A stretch of 64,000 nucleotides of DNA. Source: Rubrivivax sp. Lineage in GTDB: Bacteria; Pseudomonadota; Gammaproteobacteria; Burkholderiales; Burkholderiaceae_C. The stretch covers positions 30,899-94,898 of the forward strand of contig JAUXVE010000066.1 in NCBI GenBank assembly GCA_030680415.1. The letters are read 5' to 3'. Under the pieces are notes generated by a model. That model was not told where the DNA came from, did not search any database, and was given only the letters and a program-made list of their open reading frames with translations. This document shows, piece by piece, positions 51,003 through 63,324 of the stretch. The position numbers and the translations under genes were made by a program. Every line of letters begins with the position of its first letter. Position 1 is the stretch's first letter.

Positions 51003-52373
51003 CTAAGCCGTTTCCGCCACCGACGGCAAGCCGGCCAGCGCCATCGCCAGTTCGGCCTCGTCGTAGCTGAGATCCTGCAGCTTGCCGTCGAAGTAGTCGA
51101 TGTAGGCCTGCATGTCGAAGTGACCGTGGCCGCACAGGTTGAACAGGATCGTGCGCGACTGGCCTTCCTCGCGGCAGCGGATCGCCTCGACGATCGCCCC
51201 CTTGACGGCGTGGTTGGCCTCGGGTGCGGGAACGATGCCTTCGGCGCGTGCGAACTGCACGCCGGCGTCGAAGCAGGCGATCTGATGGTAGGCCGTGGCC
51301 TCGATCAGCCCCAGGTTCGAAAGATGGCTGACCAGCGGCGCCATGCCGTGGTAGCGCAGGCCACCGGCATGGAAGCCCGGTGGCGTGAAGGTCGAACCCA
51401 GCGTGTGCATCTTGGTCAGCGGCGTCAGGTGCGCGGTGTCGCCGAAGTCGTAGGCGTACTTGCCGCGCGTCAGGCTCGGGCACGCGGCCGGCTCGACGGC
51501 GACGATGCGCACCTTCTTGCCGCCACGCAGTTGCGCGCCCAGGAACGGAAATACGATGCCGGCGAAGTTCGAACCGCCGCCGGTGCAGCCGACGATCACG
51601 TCGGGAAAATCGCCGGCCATCTCCATCTGGACCATGGCTTCCTGGCCGATGATCGTCTGGTGCATCAACACGTGGTTCAGTACGCTGCCCAGCGCGTACT
51701 TGGTGTCGTCGCGCTGGGCCGCGATCTCGACCGCTTCGGAGATTGCGATGCCCAGGCTGCCCGGGTGATCGGCGCGTTGCGCGAGGATCGCGCGGCCCGA
51801 CTGCGTCTCGCTGGACGGTGAAGCCACGCAGCGCGCGCCATAGGTCTCCATCAGTGCGCGGCGGTACGGCTTCTGGTTGTACGACACACGCACCATGAAG
51901 ACCTCGACTTCGAGCCCGAACACGCAGCCGGCGAAAGCCAGCGACGAGCCCCATTGCCCGGCGCCGGTCTCGGTGACCAGGCGCTTGATGCCGGCCTCGC
52001 GGTTGTAGAAGGCCTGCGGGATCGCGGTGTTGGGCTTGTGGCTGCCCGACGGCGACACGCCCTCGTATTTGTAGTAGATCTTGGCCGGCGTCTGCAACGC
52101 CGCCTCGAGCCGGCGCGCCCGGTACAGGGGCGACGGCCGCCATTGCCGATAGACCTGGCGCACCGGCTCGGGGATGTCGATCTCGCGCTCGGTCGACACC
52201 TCCTGCATGATCAGTTCCATCGGAAACAGCGGTGCCAGATCGCCGGGACCGATGGGCTGGTGCGTGCCCGGGTGCAACACGGCCGGTGCCGGTTTCGGCA
52301 GGTCGGCCTGGATGTTGTACCAGGTCTTCGGCAGCTGCCCCTCGTCGAGCATGTACTTGATCGTGTCGCTCAT
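51003..52373 (-). CDS. trpB2: Tryptophan synthase beta chain 2 (TrpB2; indole-salvaging type)
   Basis: WYNIQADLP, YKYEGVSPSGSHKPNTA (PLP Lys), TETGAGQWG, GGGSNFAG, GLRYHG, NLCGHG; no trpA adjacent. Confidence 0.9.
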   Translation of the reverse strand: MSDTIKYMLDEGQLPKTWYNIQADLPKPAPAVLHPGTHQPIGPGDLAPLFPMELIMQEVSTEREIDIPEPVRQVYRQWRPSPLYRARRLEAALQTPAKIYYKYEGVSPSGSHKPNTAIPQAFYNREAGIKRLVTETGAGQWGSSLAFAGCVFGLEVEVFMVRVSYNQKPYRRALMETYGARCVASPSSETQSGRAILAQRADHPGSLGIAISEAVEIAAQRDDTKYALGSVLNHVLMHQTIIGQEAMVQMEMAGDFPDVIVGCTGGGSNFAGIVFPFLGAQLRGGKKVRIVAVEPAACPSLTRGKYAYDFGDTAHLTPLTKMHTLGSTFTPPGFHAGGLRYHGMAPLVSHLSNLGLIEATAYHQIACFDAGVQFARAEGIVPAPEANHAVKGAIVEAIRCREEGQSRTILFNLCGHGHFDMQAYIDYFDGKLQDLSYDEAELAMALAGLPSVAETA

Positions 52374-52458
52374 GTGTGCTCCTTCGGATTGCGGTTGAAG
52401 TCAACGGTCCACCCAATCAGGGCCGTCGCGCATGGTGCGGGGCGGACCTGCACTTGCC

Positions 52459-52472
52459 TTGATTTGCTTCAA
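52459..52472. promoter_or_regulatory. FNR/CRP-family box upstream of trpB2
   Basis: TTGATTTGCTTCAA (1 mismatch to TTGAT-N4-ATCAA), centre about 92 bp upstream of the ATG. Confidence 0.62.
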
Positions 52473-52530
52473 GGACATTCGACATCGGCCTGCGCCGAAC
52501 CGACTTGGGTATGGGGTCCGTGCACGGCGC

Positions 52531-53232
52531 TCATCCCGTGTGCAGGAAGTGCCGGCTCGTGCCGTCGAGGACGAGGCAGGTCAGCACGCCGCTGCGGTGG
52601 GCCCCGGTGTCGATGCCGATGCGATTCGGGCGCAGTTGTGGCCGTTCGGAGATGCTGTGCCCATGCACGACGACCGCGCCGTGATCGAGCGTCGACTCGA
52701 GGAACGGCGCGCGGATCCACATCAGGTCGTGCGCGGCCTGCCGTTCGAGTGGCACCCCCGGTCGGACCCCGGCGTGGACAAAGAAGTAGTCGCCGCAATG
52801 GTGGCAATAGTCGGTCGAGCGCAGGAAACTGAGGTGCGCCGACGGCAGCACCGCGTCGAAAGCGTCGCGCAGGGCAGCAACAGTTGCGTTCTCGCGTCGA
52901 CGGCGGCCGGCGACGTCGACGCCGTAGTCGGCCAGCGTGTCGAGACCGTCGTAGTCGAACCAATGGCGGCCGGCATCGAGGTCGCCGTCGAGAAAGCGCA
53001 GCCAGAGGTCCTCATGGTTGCCGCGCAGCGTGATGCGGGTAAAGCCCGGTGGCGGGGCGGCAACCATCGTCTCGACGACGCGCCTGGAGTCGGCGCCCCG
53101 GCTCACGTAGTCGCCCAGATAGACCAGGCGCCGCTGGCGCGCCGGCCGCCGCGCCGCGTCGGCTTCGATCGAGACCAGAAGGGCCTGCAGCAAGTCGAAG
53201 GGGCCATGGATGTCACCGATCGCGTAGATCAC
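52531..53232 (-). CDS. Calcineurin-like metallophosphoesterase (PPP/PrpA-like)
   Basis: GDIHG, GDYVSRG, RGNHE, VHAG, VHGH, GIDTG. Confidence 0.87.
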   Translation of the reverse strand: MIYAIGDIHGPFDLLQALLVSIEADAARRPARQRRLVYLGDYVSRGADSRRVVETMVAAPPPGFTRITLRGNHEDLWLRFLDGDLDAGRHWFDYDGLDTLADYGVDVAGRRRRENATVAALRDAFDAVLPSAHLSFLRSTDYCHHCGDYFFVHAGVRPGVPLERQAAHDLMWIRAPFLESTLDHGAVVVHGHSISERPQLRPNRIGIDTGAHRSGVLTCLVLDGTSRHFLHTG

Positions 53233-53255
53233 GGTCCCGGCCGCCGTGCTCGCGC

Positions 53256-53855
53256 CTATCTCGGCGTTCGTCGCGGCTCCTTCGTGTCGGCGCCGTGGCC
53301 GGTCCAGCGCTGGAACAGGTCGTGCTCGATGCCGACCTGGTCGAGCGCCTTGCCCAGGGTCTGGTGAATGAGGTCCATGATCGTGCGTGGCCGGTGGTAG
53401 AACGCGGGCATCGGCGGCAGCAGCACCGCGCCACAGTCGGCCGCGCGTGTCATCAACTCCAGGTGTCCCCTGTGCAGCGGTGTCTCGCGCACCAGCAGCA
53501 CCAGCTTGCGCCCCTCCTTGAGCTGTACGTCGGCGGCACGCACGACCAGGTTGTAGGTGAACGAATTGGCGATCGCCGACAGCGTCTTCACCGTGCAGGG
53601 CGCGACGATCATGCCGCGTGTGCGGAACGATCCGCTCGCCACCGCGGCGCCGATGTCCTTGTTGCTGTAGACGATGTCGGCCAGCGCACGCACCTCTTCC
53701 AGCGTGTCGTCGGTCTCGATCGTCAGGTTCATGCCGGCCGCCTCGCTGAGGATCAGGTGCGTCGGCTGGCCCAGGCTCTTGAGCACGCGCAGCAGTTCGA
53801 CGCCGTAGATGACGCCGGTGGCGCCGGTGATGGCCACGATCAGGGGCAAGGTCAT
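53256..53855 (-). CDS. ubiX: Flavin prenyltransferase
   Basis: VAITGATG, IASGSF-like VASGSF, APCTVKTL, RAADVQLKEGR, RETP, PPMPAFY. Confidence 0.92.
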   Translation of the reverse strand: MTLPLIVAITGATGVIYGVELLRVLKSLGQPTHLILSEAAGMNLTIETDDTLEEVRALADIVYSNKDIGAAVASGSFRTRGMIVAPCTVKTLSAIANSFTYNLVVRAADVQLKEGRKLVLLVRETPLHRGHLELMTRAADCGAVLLPPMPAFYHRPRTIMDLIHQTLGKALDQVGIEHDLFQRWTGHGADTKEPRRTPR

Positions 53856-53883
53856 GAGTGGATCCTGTGCACGGGCATGGGGT

Positions 53884-54570
53884 TCAGGTGGCGAGCGCGG
53901 GCTGCTGCGCATCGACCGACTCGATGACCGGAATCCCGGCCGCCGCCAGCGCCGCGGCGACCTCGAGCACGTCGGCAGCGTGGAAACGGACGATGATCTT
54001 GTGCTCGACGAGGTCGTTGTCGATCTCCGCGTCGTGGCGGCCCAGCATCGGGTAGATCGCCTGCAGGACGGCGCCGGCGCCCTCGGCCACTTCGGCGATG
54101 CGCCCGATGACGCCGGCTCCGAGCCTGACGGGCCCGGTGGTGATGCCGCTGCAGCGCTGCCAGGCGCCCAGGCAATGCGCCGCGATCTGGAAGATCTCGT
54201 TGGCCGAGATCACGCCGACGACCCGATCGCCCTCGAGCACCGGGAACTGCGCGACGCCGAGTTCCCGACCCTTGCGCAGGCAGTATTCGATGGTGTCGCC
54301 GGCCTGAACCGTGCCCGGGTTGCGCACCATGACGTCGCGAACCCGCAGCCGGGTGACGAAGTAGTTGAACTCGTCGCTGTCCTGCGTGCGCAGCACGAAG
54401 TGGCCCATGCGCAACAGGTTGGCGCGTGTGACGAGGCCGCGAAGCCGACCGTCGTCGACCACCGGCAAGGCATGCAGGTTGTTCTCGCTGAGGATGCGCT
54501 TGGCCTCGGAGACCAGCGTGTCGCTCGCGATCGTCAACGGATCGGTCTGCATCCAGGTGCGCACGATCAT
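53884..54570 (-). CDS. ppsC: Phenylphosphate synthase gamma subunit (CBS pair + ACT-like)
   Basis: MIVRTWMQTDP...SEAKRILSENNLHALPVVDDGRLRG closely resembles remembered Thauera PpsC. Confidence 0.85.
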   Translation of the reverse strand: MIVRTWMQTDPLTIASDTLVSEAKRILSENNLHALPVVDDGRLRGLVTRANLLRMGHFVLRTQDSDEFNYFVTRLRVRDVMVRNPGTVQAGDTIEYCLRKGRELGVAQFPVLEGDRVVGVISANEIFQIAAHCLGAWQRCSGITTGPVRLGAGVIGRIAEVAEGAGAVLQAIYPMLGRHDAEIDNDLVEHKIIVRFHAADVLEVAAALAAAGIPVIESVDAQQPALAT

Positions 54571-54582
54571 CGCCGGCTCCTT

Positions 54583-55824
54583 TCAGCCCAAGGCCCGCGA
54601 CAGGCGATACAGACGCACGAACTCGTCGACGGCGACGCGTGCGAACTCGGGTGTGTACAAGTGAAGGTCGAATTCCTTGATGCGGGCCCGATCGTCGATG
54701 CGCTCCTTCAGGCGCGCGACGAAAGCGGCGTTGGCCTGCGGGTCGTGGATCGGGCGGCCGGCGCGGTCGAGCGACGACCAGCCCTGCAGCGGCACGAGGA
54801 AGCTCCACTCGCCGCGCGCCGCGTTGAGCCGCTCGGCAATGACGTCGGCGGCCTGGCGCAGTTCGTCGGCAGTGGTGCGCACCTGCACCCGAAGTGCGTC
54901 CTGCACGTACTGCACGCGGTCCTTCGTCTTGTCCAGCATATCGGCGCGGCCGCCGTAGGACAGGATGTCCAGCCCGCAGGGCGCCAGCACGGTCGGGATG
55001 CCGGCGGCGGCCGCCGCCTTCAGCCGGTCCGGCCCCGGGTCGCGGTTGCCCTTGAACAGGTGCTCCATGACGCCGCCGATGCAGATGTCGACCACGCCCT
55101 GGAAGGCGCCGTCGCGGATCATCTCCTCCATCGCCTTGTCGCCCTTGCCCTGGGCATGGCAGACGATCGGCGTGAAGCCCGCCTGCTCGAGCATGCCAAT
55201 GGCGGCCTGCACCGCCATCTCGCCGAAGCCGAAGGACGAGATCGCCACGCAGGGCTGGTCGAAGCGGAAGTCGATGCCCAGCGTCATCTCGACCATGCCG
55301 CAGATGGCGCCCACCGCGTTGACGATCTGCGCCTTCAGCAGCGGGTTCATCTTGACGATGTCGAGCACCGTGTGGTGCATCGTGATGTCGCGCGTGCCGA
55401 CGTACTGGTCGATGTAGGCCGGGTGCGCGGCCATCGGCGAGGCCATCAGCTTCGGCAAGCCGAAGGGCAGCGTCTTCATGATCGACGTGGCCACCAGTGT
55501 CGCGGTGCCGCCGCCGATGCCGATGATGCCGTGTACCCGGCCCGCCTGCACCAGCTCGGCGACGATGGCCGCCGCGCCGCGGATCTGGTTGCGCGTGGCG
55601 GTGTCGCGGTCGCTGCGGTACTTCTCGCGCACCACCTCGATCGGCAGGCCGCCGCGCGCCGCCACGTCCTCGGTGCGGATGTCGCCCGGGAACGGCGGTG
55701 GCTCTTCCATGCTGAAGTCGAGCAGGATCGGCTCGTGCCCGCGCCCGGCGATGAGGTCCTTGACGAAGGCGATGTCTTCGCCGCGCGTGTCCAGGTTACA
55801 GACGATGACGATGCCTTTTCTCAT
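54583..55824 (-). CDS. Tm-1-like ATP-binding domain protein (UPF0261)
   Basis: NLDTRGED, GIGGGTAT, LPFGLPKLM, SSFG, HAQGKG, APCGLD, PLQGWSSLD; start at ATG 55824 or GTG 55836. Confidence 0.8.
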   Translation of the reverse strand: MRKGIVIVCNLDTRGEDIAFVKDLIAGRGHEPILLDFSMEEPPPFPGDIRTEDVAARGGLPIEVVREKYRSDRDTATRNQIRGAAAIVAELVQAGRVHGIIGIGGGTATLVATSIMKTLPFGLPKLMASPMAAHPAYIDQYVGTRDITMHHTVLDIVKMNPLLKAQIVNAVGAICGMVEMTLGIDFRFDQPCVAISSFGFGEMAVQAAIGMLEQAGFTPIVCHAQGKGDKAMEEMIRDGAFQGVVDICIGGVMEHLFKGNRDPGPDRLKAAAAAGIPTVLAPCGLDILSYGGRADMLDKTKDRVQYVQDALRVQVRTTADELRQAADVIAERLNAARGEWSFLVPLQGWSSLDRAGRPIHDPQANAAFVARLKERIDDRARIKEFDLHLYTPEFARVAVDEFVRLYRLSRALG

Positions 55825-55846
55825 GCCGACCGCCACCGGGTTCGCG

Positions 55847-57352
55847 TCACTTGGCCTTCTTGGCTTCGGGCCGCGTCAGCCGGTTGATCATGCCGGCCAC
55901 CGGGCTGGCGCCGGCAAAGCCGTACTCGCTCCAGCGATCCGACACCTTCTGCAGCACGGCGCGGTCCATGAAGATCTCGCTCGGCTTGTTCTTCCACTCG
56001 AACGGCGTGCAGGCGTCGAGGATGATGCGGCTGGTGATCTCGCGCGCCTCGATCGGCAGCCCGGGGTCGAGCGGCGTCGAGCGGCCGCGGTCGATGATCT
56101 GCGCCGAGCGCTTGGGGTCGAAGCGCGTGGCCAGCGCCCACCAGATGCGGTCCCAGTCGTCGGCCTCGATGTCGTGGTCGACCGTGATCACGCCCTTGAC
56201 GCCGTAGTGCCCGGTGGTGCTGGCGATGACGGCGTTGCCGACGTGGTTCGAGTGCCCCGGGTACATCTGCTTGACCGAGACCACGACCCAGAAGCGGCCG
56301 CAGGCCTCGGGCGGGATGTAGACGCTCTGGATGCCCGGCACCTTCATCGTCTCGAGGTCGTGCCACAGCGTGGCGGTGCGGTTGAGCGACTGGATCATGT
56401 GGATGTCGTTGATCGGCTTGCCCACCGTCGTCGACCACATCACCGGCTTGTTGCGATGCAGGATGCGCTTGATGCGCAGCACCGGCTTCGGATAGTCCTT
56501 GCCCTTGTTGCCGGAGTAGTAACCCGTGTACTCGCCGAACGGCCCTTCGTCCATCAGCTCGTTGGGGTCGATGAAACCCTCGGCGATGATCTCGGCGTTG
56601 GCCGGCAGCGTCAGGCCGGTGACCTCGGACTTGAACACCGGCACCGGCCGGCCGCGCAGCGAGCCGGCGATGTCGTATTCGTCGACCTGCGCGCTGACCA
56701 GCGTCGAGGCGGCCAGGAACAGCACCGGGTCGCAGCCGACGACAGCCGCCGCGGGCATCAGCTCGCCGCGCTCCTGGTATTTCTTCATGTGCATGTCGCC
56801 ATGCTTGCCCTTGATGATCTGCGAGCCCAGGATGTCCCTGGCGAGCACCTGCGAGCGGTAGGTGCCCAGGTTCGTCCAGCCGGTGTCGGGGTCTTGCGTG
56901 ACCAGGAAGCCGGAGGTGACGAAGAAGCGGCCGCCGTCGTCCGGATAGAACCAAGGCGAGGGGAATTTCTCGATGTCGATGTCGGCGCCGGTGATCTGGT
57001 TCTCCATCACCGGCGGGTTGTCCACATGCACCGGCTTGACCATCTGCTTGGTGGTCAGCTCCATCCACTTCTTCGACAGCTGGCTCATCGACAGCGAGGG
57101 GTCCTGCTCGAGCGCGATCGCCAGCCGCTGCGCGGTGGTGAAGGCGCTGGTGAAGACCGGGATGTCGTAGCCCTTGACGTTCTCGTACAGCAGCGCCGGG
57201 CCCTTCTGTTCCTCGTTGACCTTCGAGACGTGGCAGAGCTCGAACTTCCAGTCGACCTCGGTCTTCACGCGGTGCAGTTGCCCGCTGGCCTCGAGTGCCG
57301 CGATGTAGCTGCGCAGGTCGTCGATGGGCCGGATGTCGTGGCGTGCATTCAT
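55847..57352 (-). CDS. ppcB: UbiD-family prFMN (de)carboxylase, phenylphosphate carboxylase beta-like
   Basis: EVDWKFELCHVSK, NLGTYR, EGPFGEYTGYY, RTATLW, GRFWVVVSVKQMYPGH, GRSTPLDP resemble remembered PpcB; located in a pps operon. Confidence 0.78.
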   Translation of the reverse strand: MNARHDIRPIDDLRSYIAALEASGQLHRVKTEVDWKFELCHVSKVNEEQKGPALLYENVKGYDIPVFTSAFTTAQRLAIALEQDPSLSMSQLSKKWMELTTKQMVKPVHVDNPPVMENQITGADIDIEKFPSPWFYPDDGGRFFVTSGFLVTQDPDTGWTNLGTYRSQVLARDILGSQIIKGKHGDMHMKKYQERGELMPAAAVVGCDPVLFLAASTLVSAQVDEYDIAGSLRGRPVPVFKSEVTGLTLPANAEIIAEGFIDPNELMDEGPFGEYTGYYSGNKGKDYPKPVLRIKRILHRNKPVMWSTTVGKPINDIHMIQSLNRTATLWHDLETMKVPGIQSVYIPPEACGRFWVVVSVKQMYPGHSNHVGNAVIASTTGHYGVKGVITVDHDIEADDWDRIWWALATRFDPKRSAQIIDRGRSTPLDPGLPIEAREITSRIILDACTPFEWKNKPSEIFMDRAVLQKVSDRWSEYGFAGASPVAGMINRLTRPEAKKAK

Positions 57353-57400
57353 GTTCGCTCCGTTTCGGTGGGGGGTTCGTGAAGGGTGGGAGAGGGGCGC

Positions 57401-58537
<1,137 letters not shown>

Positions 58538-58538
58538 C

Positions 58539-60374
58539 TCAGCGCGTGATGGTGACGGCGCCGGTCGAACCGTCGACGCGGATCATCATGCCGGTCCTGA
58601 TGATCTTCGTCGCATGCCCGGTGCCCACCACCGCGGGCATGCCGTATTCGCGGCAGACGATCGCCGCGTGGCTCATCACGCCGCCAACGTCGGTGATGCA
58701 GGCGCCGATCTTGGCGAAGGCCGGTGCCCACGACGGCGAGGTCGTCGGCGCCACCAGGATCTCGCCTTCGAGCAGTTCACCCACTTCGCCGACCGTGCGG
58801 CACACCCTGGCCTTGCCTTCGGCGATGCCGGGGCTGCCGGCAAAGCCCTTCAGTTCGGTGATGGTGTCGGGGTCGGCCACCTCCTGCACCGAAGCCCAGT
58901 CGGCGAGCGACTTGTTGGTCACGCCCCAGAGCACGATGGTGAAAGGCTCTTGAATCACCTCGGGGGCGGTGCCGATGGCTGGCGGCGGGCTCCACTCCTT
59001 GAACTTCGCCATCACGCCCTTGCGCCACTCGATCTCGGCCGGCCAGGTCTGCGTGCCGCGCGGCGTGACACCGGTGGCCCAGGCGGTGACGATGTCCCAC
59101 AAGGCCGACTTGATCTCGTCGCGGCGCAGCAGCCAGATGTCCTCGACATCGGCGATGACGCCGTGCTCCTGCATGATCGCGCCGACCTCGCGCATCTTGT
59201 TCCAGAACACGGAGTGGAACCAGTGTTCGACGTAGAAGAGGTGGTTCTCGACGTACGGGAACACGGTCTTGGCGCAGCCCAGCAGCTCGTCGAACTGCGC
59301 CAGGTCCTCGGGCTTTTCGATCAGCGCGCGGTACTCGGCAGTGATGCGGTCGCGCTCGGCGCGCACCTTCTCGGTCGGGCGGTCGATCGAGGCGCCGGAC
59401 TTCAACTTGCCGATGTAGGTCTGGATGCCCGACAGCGGCACATCCATCTGGTCGTTCCACGAGCGGTCGTGGTGGAACCAGCCGGTGCCGGTGGAGATGT
59501 TGAACCAGGGTTCGCGGGCCAGGCTCAGCGAGCTCAGCCAGTCCATGCCCTTGGGCAGCTTCTTCAGCGCCTCCTCGACCACCGCGAAGCGCGGGCTGAA
59601 GGCCACGACCTCGTCGACGCCGAGTTCGATCGCCCGGCGCGCGAGCTTCTTGAGCTCCTCGTCGGGCTGGTACATGATGACGTCGATGCCCGAGATCATC
59701 TGCGTCACCCGCTGCGCCGGGATGTTGGGGAATAGCTTCTGGGCGAAGTCGAGGAAGAACACGTAAGCGGCGTAGCCGAGGTTCAGGAACTCGAAGTGGT
59801 ACTGCCAGCACTTGATGCCGAGGTTGATCAGGTCGTCGTAGTTCTTCAGCAGGTGGTAGCCCTTGGATTCGCCCAGTGCGTCGGTCACCACCGAGATGTC
59901 CTCCATCTCGGCCAGGCGCGGGATCTGCAGCGCCTCGAGCTCGCGGATGGTGGCCTCCATCTTGACCTTCCACCTGGCTTCGAGCGCGTCCCAGTTCTTG
60001 TAGTAGTGGCCGGCGCGCTCCATGAAGTGCGGCACCCGGGCGCCGATCTCGGCGCCGTCCTTGACCGGCACCGGCGAGATGTAGACGTAGCCGTTGATGA
60101 TGCGGTGGTCGACGCCGCGCACCGGTGGCACCATGAAAATGCGGTTGTTGAACTGCGACAGCGCCAGGAACCAGGCCTCGTCCCAGATGGTGTCGAAGGG
60201 ATAAAGCGGCTCCGGATAGTGCAGCCCGTCGTAGAACCAGAACGTGTCCTTCTCGTACTGCTGGCGCACCGCATCGTCGGTGACGAACTGGTATTGGTAT
60301 GGATACATCCGCTCCCAGCCTTCGGTGCCGGGGATCGTCTTGGCCTTCACGTCGTGCGGAACCGGAAATTTCAT
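58539..60374 (-). CDS. ppsA: Phenylphosphate synthase alpha subunit (phospho-His)
   Basis: MKFPVPHD...TIPGTEGWERMYPY, DGLHYPEP, GGVMSHAAIVCRE; very close to remembered Thauera PpsA, 611 aa. Confidence 0.92.
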   Translation of the reverse strand: MKFPVPHDVKAKTIPGTEGWERMYPYQYQFVTDDAVRQQYEKDTFWFYDGLHYPEPLYPFDTIWDEAWFLALSQFNNRIFMVPPVRGVDHRIINGYVYISPVPVKDGAEIGARVPHFMERAGHYYKNWDALEARWKVKMEATIRELEALQIPRLAEMEDISVVTDALGESKGYHLLKNYDDLINLGIKCWQYHFEFLNLGYAAYVFFLDFAQKLFPNIPAQRVTQMISGIDVIMYQPDEELKKLARRAIELGVDEVVAFSPRFAVVEEALKKLPKGMDWLSSLSLAREPWFNISTGTGWFHHDRSWNDQMDVPLSGIQTYIGKLKSGASIDRPTEKVRAERDRITAEYRALIEKPEDLAQFDELLGCAKTVFPYVENHLFYVEHWFHSVFWNKMREVGAIMQEHGVIADVEDIWLLRRDEIKSALWDIVTAWATGVTPRGTQTWPAEIEWRKGVMAKFKEWSPPPAIGTAPEVIQEPFTIVLWGVTNKSLADWASVQEVADPDTITELKGFAGSPGIAEGKARVCRTVGEVGELLEGEILVAPTTSPSWAPAFAKIGACITDVGGVMSHAAIVCREYGMPAVVGTGHATKIIRTGMMIRVDGSTGAVTITR

Positions 60375-60456
60375 GTCATGTCTCCTGGACTCGTCGGTGG
60401 CTGGCGCCGCAGGGCAGCGCAACGTTGGCGCGACCTGCCGGTCGTTGCGATTCCAT

Positions 60457-60472
60457 TGCATAGGCCGTGCCA
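60457..60472 (-). promoter_or_regulatory. sigma54 -24/-12 promoter of the pps/ppc operon
   Basis: Minus strand TGGCAC-GGCCT-ATGCA, 82 bp upstream of ppsA. Confidence 0.85.
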
Positions 60473-60599
60473 CGCCGCCTGCGCGCCTTGCCGACGGCGC
60501 ACGCGCAGGGGTCGAGTTGCCCGTGCAGGCACGGGCGACGAATCCGCGCGCAGGGCGGCCCGGTGCAGGCGTTGAGGGGCGGCGCGGCGCCATCGGCGC

Positions 60600-60655
60600 T
60601 TGATCACTTGGTGAGATTGGGCGCCTCGCATGGTGCGAACTGACCATTTGGTGAA
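60600..60655. promoter_or_regulatory. Paired XylR/DmpR-type upstream activating sequences
   Basis: TTGATCACTTGGTGAG (60600-60615) and CTGACCATTTGGTGAA (60640-60655); 12/16 and 11/16 matches to TTGATCAATTGATCAA; about 130-185 bp upstream of the -24. Confidence 0.6.
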
Positions 60656-60707
60656 CTGCGGCGCGGCCGCCGGGCCGTCGCACCACAAGGGCTGTTCGCA
60701 GAAAGCC

Positions 60708-60721
60708 TTGACCCACATCAA
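60708..60721. promoter_or_regulatory. FNR/CRP-family box upstream of the XylR-type regulator
   Basis: TTGACCCACATCAA, 13/14 identical to the hcr box; possible -10 TAGAAG at 60744-60749. Confidence 0.7.
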
Positions 60722-60776
60722 GGCGGCCCCCAGCGTCCGGGCCTAGAAGCGAATCCCTCGTGACGACAGTCCATCG

Positions 60777-62512
<1,736 letters not shown>

Positions 62513-62513
<1 letters not shown>

Positions 62514-62998
62514 TGTTGCCGAAGCTGCCGCTCCGGGTGGCGCAGTATCTGCAGCAGCATCACGTCATGACCTTGGCCAGCCAGGGCGCCGAGGGTCCCT
62601 GGGCCGCCGCCGTGTTCTACGCCAACGAGGGTCCGGAACTGCTCTTCCTGTCTGCGCCCACCAGCCGCCACTGCCGCCATCTGGCGCAGGACCCGCGCTG
62701 CGCGGCGACGATCCAGGACGATTGCAGCGACTGGACGCAGGTTCAGGGCATCCAGCTGGAGGGACAGGTGACGCAGCTGCAGGGCGAATCGCAGGCGCGC
62801 GCGCAGCGGCTCTACGGGCAGAAGTTTCCGTTCCTCGAACGCGCAGGCGCGATCCCGGCCGCGATCGCCGCAGCACTGGCCCGCGTGCGCTGGTATCGCC
62901 TGCAACCCCGGCGGCTGTACTTCGTCGACAACAGCCAGGGATTCGGTCACCGCGACGAGATCGAACTGGGTCGCGGCGCAGCGCTCCCGCCCGCGTAG
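62513..62998 (+). CDS. Pyridoxamine 5'-phosphate oxidase-like FMN-binding split-barrel protein
   Basis: HVMTLAS, WAAAVFYA, SRHCRHL, QGIQLEG; TGATG overlap with the regulator. Confidence 0.78.
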
Positions 62999-63035
62999 CG
63001 GCAGCTCAGCGTCGCAGCAGATCAGGGGCTGCCGC

Positions 63036-63281
63036 TCAGCCGTGCAGGCTCTCGTACTTGGCCATCAACTCGGCCGGACTTTCGGCGAAGTCCGGGTTCG
63101 GGACGATGCAATCGGCCGGGCACACCAGCATGCACTGCGGCTCGTCCTCGGCGCCGACACACTCGGTGCAGCGCAGGGCGTCGATGACGTAGATCGGGTC
63201 GCCGACGGCGATGGCTTCGTTGGGGCACACCGGCTTGCAGGCGTCGCAAGCGGTGCAGTCGTCGTTGATCAGCAGGGCCAT
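63036..63281 (-). CDS. fdx: 2[4Fe-4S] ferredoxin of the benzoyl-CoA pathway type
   Basis: CTACDAC...CP and CTEC-x8-C-x3-CP; MALLINDDCTACDAC is very close to remembered Thauera aromatica ferredoxin. Confidence 0.9.
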   Translation of the reverse strand: MALLINDDCTACDACKPVCPNEAIAVGDPIYVIDALRCTECVGAEDEPQCMLVCPADCIVPNPDFAESPAELMAKYESLHG

Positions 63282-63324
63282 CGTGGGTTGCTCCTGAGAA
63301 GGTTGTGTCAAAGGTGGGACGGGC

